This document shows positions 49,865 through 59,860 of a stretch of 64,000 nucleotides of DNA, piece by piece. Made by a program: the position numbers and the translations under genes. This stretch comes from a virus, in the IMG/VR virus record IMGVR_UViG_3300024272_000034, one strand, 5' to 3'. How positions within the stretch are numbered: the stretch's first letter is position 1; every line of letters starts with the position of its first letter. A model generated the notes under the pieces. That model did not search any database. It was not told the origin of the DNA and worked only from the letters and a program-made list of their open reading frames with translations.

Positions 49865-50215
49865 TTATCCTCCATATGAAACCATTAAACCTTCACAATC
49901 AAATAAGCACATACATAAATTTTCATCTTCATTTGTCCGCACCCAAATTTCAATTGTATCAGAAGCTTCCATATAATCAACAGTAATAATCTTACCAATA
50001 TCTAAAGCGCAAGTAAGAACTGCTTTTCCTTTATTTTCAAAATCCGATTCGTTTGCTTTTGGATAGAAAATAGTATAATAAGAAATTTCTTTACATAAAA
50101 GCATTAAATTTGAATAATTTTTCATTTTATCATTAATTAATTCAATATAAGGGTCTATATTATCTGCTATTGGAAGCTATGAAACAATAGATTTATTTAA
50201 ATCATATAGATTCAT
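49865..50215 (-). CDS. hypothetical protein (~116 aa with upstream extension through one TAG; start uncertain, alternative start at 50125)
   Basis: Track ORF 49865..50125. The frame stays open upstream through a TAG to ATG 50213-50215. Confidence 0.35.
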
Positions 50216-50299
50216 AGAAATATTTCCATAATCTTTAGATTCTTTTTTTAAATTACACTTCATTATTTATCTCCTTTTTTATTTTATATAATAATTATA

Positions 50300-50782
50300 T
50301 CATATTTTTTTATTTTTGTCAAGATAAATAATACGTTGATTGCGGCTTCCTCTCATAGGAAGTGTAATGTCTCTTTCAGCTTCAATATAAGGTCCATCAA
50401 TTAAACAAGTAATTAATTCTAAAATTTCTTTTATATTTGGATTATGAGGTAAATCATCGTAAGTATACCCTGTCCATAAATAAATTTCTGTATCTGGTAA
50501 TTTTTCTTTAACAGTTTTTATTACCAATAAAGTCAAAAAAGTATTTTCAGGACATAAAGGTTCTCCACCCAAAATACTTAAAGAACGCTTAATACCATTA
50601 GCTTGAAGAGCTTCAATTATTTCATTAATTACATCAGTAGTAAATTCTAGTCCTCCGTCATAATCCCAAGTTTCGGGATTATGACAGCCAAGACAATGAT
50701 GCGGACATCCTTGAGTATAGAAAGAAACTGATACACCAGTTGCCGCAGAAAAATCATTTTTAATTAAACCTGCATATCGCAT
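50300..50782 (-). CDS. nrdG: anaerobic ribonucleotide reductase activating protein (160 aa)
   Basis: GCPHHCLGCHNPETW (CxxxCxxC radical-SAM cluster) after the GVSVSFYTQ motif. Adjacent to nrdD. No TAG. Confidence 0.75.
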   Translation of the reverse strand: MRYAGLIKNDFSAATGVSVSFYTQGCPHHCLGCHNPETWDYDGGLEFTTDVINEIIEALQANGIKRSLSILGGEPLCPENTFLTLLVIKTVKEKLPDTEIYLWTGYTYDDLPHNPNIKEILELITCLIDGPYIEAERDITLPMRGSRNQRIIYLDKNKKI

Positions 50783-51411
50783 TATTCTTCCTCCTCTAAG
50801 TCTAAATCATGAACATCATCTGGATTAGCTACTTCGTAATAAAATATACATCTACAACTGGGATGATATGGTGGGAGATTAACATCTTCATCTGGCGGAT
50901 ATTCTCCGCCTTCACACATATCACATCCACTTTCAATTACTAATAAAGTAGCATTAATAGGTCTTTTATTTTTCTTTACTGCATTTTCTACATTTTTAGT
51001 TTCTGTATTTAAAATTCTTTCAAATTTATAAACTAAATTATCTCTTATTTCTTTATAAGTTTTTTCTTTTAAAATATCTTGTCTTGTCTCTTCCCAAATT
51101 AAAGACAATCTATCTTGAATTGTTTTTCCATCTTCTTTATAAGTTAAATCAAAGATATTTTTGATATTAAATTCTTCTACTTCTTCATATAATTTTTCTA
51201 TATATTTACTTGTAATAAGATATGTTTCAGTTAATGATTCATAAAATAAATCTTCAATTTTTTTATATGCTTTATCCCAAAGTTTAATATTAAAATTATT
51301 TGAATATTCTCTGACAGCTTTTAAAGATTTATTTATAATTTTTTCAAAATATTTATCTTTAGATTCGTCAATTAAATCTTCTAATTTAAGTATTTCTTTT
51401 CTGATACTCAT
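50782..51411 (-). CDS. hypothetical protein with C-terminal zinc-ribbon-like Cys motif (209 aa)
   Basis: Clean ORF between nrdD and nrdG. The C-terminus has CDMCEGG...HPSCRC. Confidence 0.45.
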   Translation of the reverse strand: MSIRKEILKLEDLIDESKDKYFEKIINKSLKAVREYSNNFNIKLWDKAYKKIEDLFYESLTETYLITSKYIEKLYEEVEEFNIKNIFDLTYKEDGKTIQDRLSLIWEETRQDILKEKTYKEIRDNLVYKFERILNTETKNVENAVKKNKRPINATLLVIESGCDMCEGGEYPPDEDVNLPPYHPSCRCIFYYEVANPDDVHDLDLEEEE

Positions 51412-51416
51412 AACAA

Positions 51417-53708
51417 TTATCCATGTTTAACCCTTCGCTCTACCTCATCTTGTTTACCAAGGTTAAAAGCAGTTTTATAATTACCAGTTAAATAACCAGT
51501 AACTCTACGCAATTGTTGAATTTCTTTACTTCCGCATTCTGGACATTCATCATTAAATTCATCAGTATATCCGCATTTAAGACAAGTATCATTTGGAACA
51601 TTTACTGCGAAATAAGGAATATCTTTATCCATAGCATAATTTACTAAAATTTCTAATGCCTCAAGATTATTTTTAATTCCACTATCCAATTCAACATAAG
51701 TAATACATCCAGCAGAAGAATAACAGGTTAATTGAGATTCAATATCAATTTTTTCAAATGGAGACATCTCTATCCACACAGGTACATGCATAGAATTAGT
51801 AAAGAATTCTTTATCGGAAACATTCTCAATTACACCATATTTATCTTTAAATTTCTTTAAAGCAGTATGACATAGGTTTTCCGCAGGTGAATAATAAACA
51901 CCAAAATTTAATTTATATTCATTTTTAAATTGAGCACAACGAGTTTTAAACAATTCTTCAATTCGTTTTGCTAATTCCATTCCTTCTGGAGTAGTATGAT
52001 TTTTTCCAATAAGAATTTGAAGCGTTTCAGCAAGACCTAATTGTCCAAGAGCAAGGGTACCATGCTTAAGAGCGGAACGTATTCCTTCTTCTGGAATATA
52101 TCCTGCCATAAGTCCATTTTCATACATAAACTTAGCAGAATCAGGAGATTGACTACAAATCCATTCAAATCTTTCAATAAGCATATCTTTAGCATCATAT
52201 ATTGCTTTATCAAGAATTTCCATAAAAATATCTACAAGTTCAGTAGTATATTTATATTTATCTGTAAATTGATTTTCCCACTCTTCTTTTGCTTCCATGG
52301 CTAATGTAGGAAGAATAATTGTTACAGGACAAATATTACCTCTACCATCTTTGAGTTGACCAAAACCATTAATATCCCAACCATTTGCTGTGCGGCATCC
52401 CATCGTTGAGAAATAAGTTCTTGGGTCATTAATATCATATCCAGCATTACCAGACCAATCAACATTTGCGTAATTGGGATATAGTCTTTGAGCGGTTGAT
52501 TTTAAAGCCAATTGGAATAAATCATAATTGGGGTCTCCAGGTTTACGATTTACACCTTTCATACATTGAAAGATTCCACAAGGGAAAATAGATGTTTTAT
52601 GTAAAGCTCCAATACCTTCAATGGATACTTCAAGCAAAGCTTTAGTCACCATTCTACCTTCTGGTAAAGTACAAGTACCATAATTAATAGAAGTAAATGG
52701 CAACTGATTGCCTGAACGAGATTGAAGTGTATTAAGATTATGATACATTCCTTCTACGGCTTGATGTGTTTCTTTTTTTGTTTCAAATAGAGCTGCTTGA
52801 CTTAAATATTTATCAAGATTAACAATATTACTAAAAGTGAAATCTTCATATTTAAGATTAAATTCTTTTAAATATTTTTCTTTATGATTTTCAACCCAAT
52901 TATCTAATTCTTCATTTGGCATATCCAAAAGAGACAGAGCTAAAAATTCGTCAGTATGTTTTACATATTCTAATACATAATGTTTAAAAAATGATTTGCG
53001 TATATAAGGCACCATGGTCCAGTCAATATGTGTCGCAGAAACACCACCAAATTGTTGTAAACTTTGTAATTGGAAAATAACCGCTACAAGCTGAAATGCT
53101 GTATTTACAGAACCTGCGGGACGCACATCTGTTTGTCTGGTATTAAATCCTTTAGCAAGCAAATCATCAAAAGGAATAGATAAGCAATTATGTGAACCAA
53201 CATAATAACTATTTAAGTCATGAATATAAATACGATTATTTAAATGATTTTCTCTTGCTTTTGGTGATACAATAAAATCTAATGCTAATTGTTTCGTGAC
53301 CACATCTCCAGCTTCACCTGTGCGGCCTCCAAAAGATGCTTCATCTACATTAGCATTTTGGTTTTGGATATTTGTAGCATTTAATTTTTCTTTAACTGCG
53401 TCAATAAAATCATTTTCATAATGTCTAGCAACTTCTTTTTTATATCTATAACGAATATATTCTCTTGCTACATCACTGCGTTCAGAACGCATTAAATATT
53501 CTTCAACTTTATCTTGAACTTTTTCAACAGTAAATGGTTTATCTGAATTATGTACAGCATCTTTATAAATAGCTTCCGCTATATCAGCAGCTGTATCTGT
53601 TTCATAAAGTTTTCCATCAACTTCAAGAAAAGCTTTATTTATTGCGGTAATAATTTTACCTTTATTAAAAGGAACAAGTGTTCCATCTCTTTTATAAATT
53701 TGTACCAT
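51417..53708 (-). CDS. nrdD: anaerobic ribonucleoside-triphosphate reductase (763 aa)
   Basis: ATP-cone-like N-terminus. C-terminal zinc ribbon CLKCGYTDEFNDECPECGS. Glycyl-radical motif RRVTGYL. No TAG. Confidence 0.85.
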   Translation of the reverse strand: MVQIYKRDGTLVPFNKGKIITAINKAFLEVDGKLYETDTAADIAEAIYKDAVHNSDKPFTVEKVQDKVEEYLMRSERSDVAREYIRYRYKKEVARHYENDFIDAVKEKLNATNIQNQNANVDEASFGGRTGEAGDVVTKQLALDFIVSPKARENHLNNRIYIHDLNSYYVGSHNCLSIPFDDLLAKGFNTRQTDVRPAGSVNTAFQLVAVIFQLQSLQQFGGVSATHIDWTMVPYIRKSFFKHYVLEYVKHTDEFLALSLLDMPNEELDNWVENHKEKYLKEFNLKYEDFTFSNIVNLDKYLSQAALFETKKETHQAVEGMYHNLNTLQSRSGNQLPFTSINYGTCTLPEGRMVTKALLEVSIEGIGALHKTSIFPCGIFQCMKGVNRKPGDPNYDLFQLALKSTAQRLYPNYANVDWSGNAGYDINDPRTYFSTMGCRTANGWDINGFGQLKDGRGNICPVTIILPTLAMEAKEEWENQFTDKYKYTTELVDIFMEILDKAIYDAKDMLIERFEWICSQSPDSAKFMYENGLMAGYIPEEGIRSALKHGTLALGQLGLAETLQILIGKNHTTPEGMELAKRIEELFKTRCAQFKNEYKLNFGVYYSPAENLCHTALKKFKDKYGVIENVSDKEFFTNSMHVPVWIEMSPFEKIDIESQLTCYSSAGCITYVELDSGIKNNLEALEILVNYAMDKDIPYFAVNVPNDTCLKCGYTDEFNDECPECGSKEIQQLRRVTGYLTGNYKTAFNLGKQDEVERRVKHG

Positions 53709-53778
53709 TAATAAATCCTCCGAAAATATTAATTTGGGGCGACCCTATTATATTTAATAGTTGTTTTTTTATGGTTAA

Positions 53779-54333
53779 TTACTTCTGCCCAATGATGCTT
53801 AAAATTGTCTTTACGTTCTTCATTAAGTCTAATGTATTATCATTTTGTAATTCAATATATTCAAAAGGTAAATCTGAAAAATCTTTTTTATCAGTTCCAT
53901 AACGTCTAACAATTTCATCAACATTTGGTTCATCTTCTCTATTTAATTGTCTTAAAAGTCTTTGTTTATCAGAAGCTTTTATATAAAAAATAGTTACATC
54001 AATTTGAGGGTCTGATAGTAAAAATTCAACACGAGATGGGTCAAATACTCCTATATTTATAACATCTGAACGTAAACATTCATAATCAGTTCCATAAAAC
54101 CAATCATTAAAAGTTGCCATTTCTACTAATTCATTATTAATAGCTTTTTGCGCAAATTGCTCTGGTGTTATAAAATAGTAATTAATACCTTCAATTTCAT
54201 TATCTCTACGAGGACGTGTAGTATAACTAATAATAGAATGAACATCATTAGTATTTTCTAAAATCATTCTTAATAATGTATCTTTACCAGAACCAGATTG
54301 CCCAATTAAAGCAATTATTTTATACTTCTTCAT
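53779..54333 (-). CDS. gmk: guanylate kinase-like nucleoside monophosphate kinase (184 aa)
   Basis: P-loop GQSGSGKDTL and YTTRPRRDNEIEGINYYF (TTRxPRxGExxGxDYxF pattern). Confidence 0.6.
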   Translation of the reverse strand: MKKYKIIALIGQSGSGKDTLLRMILENTNDVHSIISYTTRPRRDNEIEGINYYFITPEQFAQKAINNELVEMATFNDWFYGTDYECLRSDVINIGVFDPSRVEFLLSDPQIDVTIFYIKASDKQRLLRQLNREDEPNVDEIVRRYGTDKKDFSDLPFEYIELQNDNTLDLMKNVKTILSIIGQK

Positions 54334-54559
54334 TTATGTCAATAGCCTCATCTTCATATTCATATTTTAATTGATTAGGTAATTCATTACGATAAAAAGT
54401 ATATTTCCTTTTACAGGTAGGACAAAAATAAACATACTGTTCAGGATAAGTACATAAAACTTTACCAGTACTTTTTATTTCTTCATTACAATCTTCACAA
54501 TAAAAGCTATCTATATAGATAGCTTTTACATATCGTCTTTTAATTTTCATCTTCTTCAA
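54320..54559 (-). CDS. small zinc-ribbon protein (79 aa)
   Basis: CEDCNEE...CPTCKRKY. Overlaps its neighbours. Confidence 0.4.
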   Translation of the reverse strand: MKKMKIKRRYVKAIYIDSFYCEDCNEEIKSTGKVLCTYPEQYVYFCPTCKRKYTFYRNELPNQLKYEYEDEAIDINEEV

Positions 54560-57047
54560 TTCCTCCTTGATAACGTTCCGAAGTTAATTTTAAATCAGTT
54601 TTATTTACAATTTCTTCAATTTTATACAACTGATGACCTGGCGTACTATTGTATTTTTTAACAATAAAATTATCTCCAGAACGAATACCCATAACCGCAA
54701 TCATATTACCACGATTAAACCAAGATTTTTCTACAATCTTTTTAGTTCCATCAGGATTTTTGATAGAAATTTGTTTATCAAATAAAGAAAAATATTCTTT
54801 TCTAAATTTAACTTCTACAACTCCATGAGTTGTTAATAACGTTACTGTGCTTTTAACCTTATTTTTTGCTATACAGGTTCCGCAAATTTTATGAAGTTTA
54901 AACATATGAATTTCTTTTCCTCCACGAGCAAACACTTGGTCTACTATTGGTTCTTCTGGCAAAGCAAAGAAATCAACAAATCCATATTTATTATGATTTA
55001 CATCAATTAATTCATGTTCGTGATAATAAAAACATAAAACTTCCATCTCCCAAGCAGAAATTGTACCTGAAGCATATTTCTCCCAATCTTCAAGAAAAAC
55101 AGCATCATTTATTTTTACTAAGATTTCATCTTTATTTTCATTAATCCATGTTCTAAAAATATCCATCCAATTTTGATAAATTTTTTCCCATTGCTTAATA
55201 TTCATAAAGAAAATTGTATCTTTTGTTATAATCAAATTATCACAATGTACTTCAATAAGAAAATTAATAGCTCTTTCATCTAATTTATATAATTCATTAT
55301 TAAATTTACAAATTGCTTTTAAATAACGATTAAATTCATATACTCTTCTTGCTAAAATTTGTTCTTCAGTTTCAGATGGAAGTAGATTATATTTAATTAA
55401 TCCACCCATATTTTGTAGAGTAATTCTTTTTTTTCTATCGCAAGTTTCCCAAATATACCAAGCCATACAAGTTTTACGTTCCATCATATCATCAAAAGCT
55501 CCACCCTTAATCAATGAAATCATAGCTTGCTTGCCTGGATTTACTTTATTCAAAAAATCTCGCGGAGATACATAAGGTCTATGTTCAATGATAGATGCTA
55601 CGACATCATCACCAACATTTAATAATCCTTTTAAACCAAAAAGAATTCTATTGTTCTCAGCATCTGGCGCAAAGCCATATTTAGATTTATTAATATTTGC
55701 TAAACTAACTTTAATACCAGCAGCTTGAATATCACCAATAGCTTTCGCAATTTTACCATAATCAGTACTTGCGCCAGCTTCTTCATCAGTTGCGCCACTA
55801 TTAACAATTAAACAAGCTGTATTCCAATAGATAGGATTAAATTTAGTTGCCAATAAAATTGTTTGAATACCAACAAATGAATAAGGTAATGAATGATTTA
55901 AACTAAAAGCATATCCAAGTTGTGGAGCGACCGCAACTTCCCAGACATAATCTGCTATATTAGAATTTCCAATTTTTTCATACACTTGCGCTTTTAATTC
56001 CGGAATTTTTGACATCTGTTTTTTTGCTACTATTTTACGAGCAGCGTTTGCTTCACCTAAAGTAAAATTAGCAACCTCCATCAAAATTTCCATCATTTGC
56101 TCTTGGATAGGACAGCAACCATAATATTTATCACAATGTTTATGCATTAACTCAATCATTTTTTCAGGCAAATGATTAAATTTCATTTCTTTATCAAAAA
56201 TATTAATTCCTGATTTTTGAATGCGAGCATATCTATCTTGCTGACTTTCTTTACCTTTTTCAGACATAAGTCTCATCATAGCATTTGCGGCAGTCATCTC
56301 TAAAGGATTTTGTGGTTTAAGTTTTTTCGCAATTGCTAATCCAACACCACCACTAAACTGAAATACATCCAATATATCACCTGCGGCTAAATGATTCCAA
56401 ATATAATTTTCAGATGTGTCAATTATTTCTGGATGAATATATTTATTATAAGTTTCTCTTAAACCAATATTTTCAATTAAATTATCCTCATGTAACATTT
56501 CAAAACATTTAATAATTTTATCAGAAACTTCAGTTACAAGAAAATCATATTTAGTATCACCTGCTGCTTCCGCCGCATGTAAGTCAAAACAAGTAATTAA
56601 ATCTCCATTTGGTGCTCTCATAAAAGATGCTGTATCAAATGGATTTTTATCATAAAGAATTACACCAGAAGCATGAATGCCACGTTTATTTACTAATCCC
56701 TCTATTGAAATGATAATATCAACCAATCCAGGATATTGATTAACTTCTTTTATAAAAGTTGTAACTGGTTTTCTATCTTTTTCTTCATCACCATATAATA
56801 CTTCTGAAATAGACCATAAAAATCCACGTTCTTGAGGAATTAATGATGACATATATTGCGCTACATCTACATCTATTCCTTCTGGATATTCTTCACTTCT
56901 ATAACCACGACAAGCTGTAAGAACAGCTGATTTAGTTCCTTCAGTTCCAAAAGTTGCTACCTGAACCAAACCAAATTCTCCACGTTCTTTACGAATTGCT
57001 TCAAAAATCGCTGGTCTTTTACTTGGAGCCAGGTCTATATCAATATC
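54540..57047 (-). CDS. dnaE: DNA polymerase III alpha subunit, exon 2 (836 codons), begins DIDIDLAPSKRPAIFEAIRKERG
   Basis: The track ORF from 56969 extends in frame to 57047 with no stops. The conserved PDIDIDF / GEFGLVQVATFGT motifs are reconstituted across the splice. Confidence 0.8.
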   Translation of the reverse strand, partial: DIDIDLAPSKRPAIFEAIRKERGEFGLVQVATFGTEGTKSAVLTACRGYRSEEYPEGIDVDVAQYMSSLIPQERGFLWSISEVLYGDEEKDRKPVTTFIKEVNQYPGLVDIIISIEGLVNKRGIHASGVILYDKNPFDTASFMRAPNGDLITCFDLHAAEAAGDTKYDFLVTEVSDKIIKCFEMLHEDNLIENIGLRETYNKYIHPEIIDTSENYIWNHLAAGDILDVFQFSGGVGLAIAKKLKPQNPLEMTAANAMMRLMSEKGKESQQDRYARIQKSGINIFDKEMKFNHLPEKMIELMHKHCDKYYGCCPIQEQMMEILMEVANFTLGEANAARKIVAKKQMSKIPELKAQVYEKIGNSNIADYVWEVAVAPQLGYAFSLNHSLPYSFVGIQTILLATKFNPIYWNTACLIVNSGATDEEAGASTDYGKIAKAIGDIQAAGIKVSLANINKSKYGFAPDAENNRILFGLKGLLNVGDDVVASIIEHRPYVSPRDFLNKVNPGKQAMISLIKGGAFDDMMERKTCMAWYIWETCDRKKRITLQNMGGLIKYNLLPSETEEQILARRVYEFNRYLKAICKFNNELYKLDERAINFLIEVHCDNLIITKDTIFFMNIKQWEKIYQNWMDIFRTWINENKDEILVKINDAVFLEDWEKYASGTISAWEMEVLCFYYHEHELIDVNHNKYGFVDFFALPEEPIVDQVFARGGKEIHMFKLHKICGTCIAKNKVKSTVTLLTTHGVVEVKFRKEYFSLFDKQISIKNPDGTKKIVEKSWFNRGNMIAVMGIRSGDNFIVKKYNSTPGHQLYKIEEIVNKTDLKLTSERYQGGIEEDEN

Positions 57048-58229
57048 CGTTTATTGGACTATATTTTTCATAATGACTTACTAAGAGCATTTTACTTCAG
57101 TCATTACTAGAACATCTTTCAGACGGTGCTTATCTCCGCCTTACATAAATAGTCTCTACACATTTAATCTTATTTTTCTATTTGTTTCCAATAATAGCCT
57201 TTATATAAAGTTCCATTTTTAATCGCTTTATCTAATTGAGTGTGTCCTTTCATTCCTAAGAATTGTAAGACTGCGGTTTTAGCATTAAATATTTGAATTA
57301 AATTGTAATTTTCATCATACATTTCAATTCGTTTTCCATTTAATGCTTGATTACCACTTTTACCATACATACCATTTTTTTCGCCAGCGGTTTTACCTTT
57401 ACTATTTACAGACATTTTCTACTTAGACTCTTCTGTATGTTTTTTACCATACATTCCATTATTAGAACCTTTTGTTTTTTCACTCATTTTTTGTTTAAAC
57501 TCTTCAGTTCTATAAGGAGAGTTGTCTCTTTCAAATTCTGCCCAATAAGATAAAAATGCTTTAGTTTTTTCACTATGGTATTTTCCATACATTCCATTAT
57601 TCTTACCACGATTTACTTCACTTAATTTTCGGCACAAAACTTCTTTTTCTTCTGGTGTATATCCTGCGGTAGTGTTTCCTCCACAACCGCCCTCATGAAT
57701 ATTATAAAACAATGGATTTGATGTGGCATTATATAAGGCAATAAATTGTTTTTCTTTTTCACTATTTTCTAAATCATTTTTAGAAACAAATAAAATGGAC
57801 TTTGTAAAACAGTCTTTTCCATATTTGGCAATTTCTTTTTTCAATTCTTTTCCGCTGCCTAAATATGAATCATCTAATTCTCCATAATGTTTTCCGATAT
57901 ATTTCATACCATTTATATTATTAGTAGTTAAATAAATATAATGTTGTTTCATTTAAACAACCCCCTTTCATATATATTTAACTTTTAGAATTAGACAATG
58001 ACCTGACTTTGTCCAAGATTTTTAGCACGGTATTCCCAATCTAACCTTTTTTAGGTCATAGGGTCTCTTAGTCAGTTGATTCGCATTTATATAACATAAA
58101 TCTTATTTCGCTGATACCGTTAGCCTGCGGTTACTCGTCTCGCCGGTCGGATGACCGGGCCGCCGCAGACACCCATTAAGCAATGGTTAATGTTCTTTTT
58201 TTACAACTGCCCAATATCAATATTAGACT
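57048..58229 (-). mobile_element. group I intron in dnaE carrying a GIY-YIG homing endonuclease gene
   Basis: Exon 1 ends ...NKERAELP at 58230 and exon 2 starts at 57047. Joining them restores the conserved DnaE motif. The intron follows a U and ends in G. Its 5' part (58090-58170) is GC-rich and structured. The read-through tail after exon 1 (SLILILGSCKKRTLTIA) is unconserved. Confidence 0.7.
57170..57952 (-). CDS. GIY-YIG homing endonuclease with four NUMOD3 (NGMYGK) repeats (260 aa) containing one in-frame TAG
   Basis: The N-terminus YIYLTTNNINGMKYIGKH is the GIY-YIG motif. Track ORFs 57419..57952 and 57170..57415 are in one frame separated only by a TAG (TEESK-TAG-KMSVNSKGK). The C-terminus has an HTH-like IKNGTLYKGYYW. 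RBS GGGGG upstream. Confidence 0.7.
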
Positions 58230-59600
58230 AGGCAGTTCGGCTCTCTCTTTATTTAAAAATCTCCAATAAGGGAGACCCCAACGAATTGGGTCAAGTTGAG
58301 TAATACCAAGCAAATAATTTGAAAGAAAACCGGTCGCAGAACCTCGTCCAGGTCCAACAATTGAACCGCATTCCCAAAACAAATCAATATAATGTTTAAA
58401 AGTATTGAAATAAGCGAAAAGACAATCATCAAGTTTTTCTCCAATAAACTTAATTACATCTGCCTCAATTTCAATACGATTAATATATTCTTCATTAAAT
58501 AAATTTTTATTTATTAATTCTTGTAGACATTCATTAATCCAATATCTTTCTTGAGATTCATCAGATATTAAAAGTGATTTAATAATCGGCCAATTAGTAT
58601 CTAATTCATCTTTTAATGAATTATTAATACCAAAATAAGATAAAGTTTTAGGATAATCTTTTACTTTTACTTTTGGAATAATTTGTTTTCTTTCAATTGA
58701 ATAAAATTCAATTTTATTTTTTATTTCATTTGTATTATTTAAAATCCATTCTGAAATATCATCATCTTGATAAGCATATGTTAATAATTCTTTAGCTTCA
58801 TTATAATCCATTAAACGAGCAAATTCATAAAATGAATCAACTTCTCGTTCTCCACCTTTAGAATTTAAATAAGCTTTATGAACCCATCTATCTTGACTTG
58901 TATAATAATGAGCATCAGTTCCTGCGACTAATTTAATTCCAAAAGATTGAGAAATAGAGTATAATTTTTTATTAACCAATACTTGGTCTTTTGTAGTTGC
59001 TGGGGCGCATTCTAAATAGAAATCATCACCAAATAATTCAAGACAATAATTAATAAAATCAATTATTTTTGAATAATATACTTTCATTGTTTCCATGTCT
59101 TGAACTTCTTCAGCTAAACAAAATTGTAATAAATTTGATGATAATTCTCCACCAAGACAAGCTGTTGTAGCTATTAAATGTCCTTTATATTTATTAACAA
59201 TAGTTGATAATTCTTTTTTTAAAACTGGAACTCTTTCCATTTTTCTATCAACATATAAATTATACCAAGCTATTGAACTTAATTCTTTTAATGCCATATA
59301 ACCAATTTTATCTTTGGCAATTAAAATAAAGTGATAATATTTTTGACCACTACTTCTATCATCTGTTAAATAAATTTCATTACCAAGTGCAATTGTAAAA
59401 TCTGGATTTGTCTCTCTCAATTTCTTAGCATATTGATTTACTTCCATGTGCGCAGATAAACATTCATGGTCTGTAATTGCTATACCGTTTAAACCCAATT
59501 CAATTGCTTTATCAATTAAATCTTTAGGTCTATTTATACAATCAAGTAAGCGAATATTTGAATACATTGTATGATTATGACAATTAAAATAACTGTTCAT
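58230..59600 (-). CDS. dnaE: DNA polymerase III alpha subunit, exon 1 (PHP domain, 457 codons)
   Basis: N-terminal PHP motifs CHNHTMYS, AITDHEC. Ends ...RFLNKERAELP before the intron. Confidence 0.8.
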
Positions 59601-59662
59601 ATATATTCACTCTCCATTTTTATTTTTTCATATAAATATTATACCATATTTTATATGAAAAA

Positions 59663-59857
59663 TCAAGTTGTATATTCTTGAAGTACAGAAGCTAATGTAC
59701 GCCTAAAATCTTCATTTCTTTGAACTCGTAATTTTAAATCATCCATTTCAGCTTTTTCTTTATCTAATTGTTTTGCCATAGCTAATAATGAATGAGCGGC
59801 TGCTTCTAAATCGCGAGCAGCTTGTGTTAAGTTTTTTGAAGTTTCGTTTTCATCCAT
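59663..59857 (-). CDS. small hypothetical coiled-coil protein (64 aa)
   Basis: Clean ORF. Confidence 0.35.
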   Translation of the reverse strand: MDENETSKNLTQAARDLEAAAHSLLAMAKQLDKEKAEMDDLKLRVQRNEDFRRTLASVLQEYTT

Positions 59858-59860
59858 AGA

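Noticed and set aside
49865-50264. A longer N-terminal extension of the 49865 gene back to ATG 50262-50264.
   Set aside because: A recount of the T8 run at 50243-50250 shows that this ATG is out of frame and is closed by TAA. The in-frame candidates are ATG 50213-50215 or 50123-50125.
58090-58175. GC-rich segment (gcctgcggttactcgtctcgccggtcggatgaccgggccgccgcagacaccc), considered as a tRNA or small RNA gene.
   Set aside because: No cloverleaf with anticodon and T arms could be drawn. It lies exactly between the dnaE exon-1 splice site and the homing endonuclease, so it is better explained as the 5' structured core of the group I intron.
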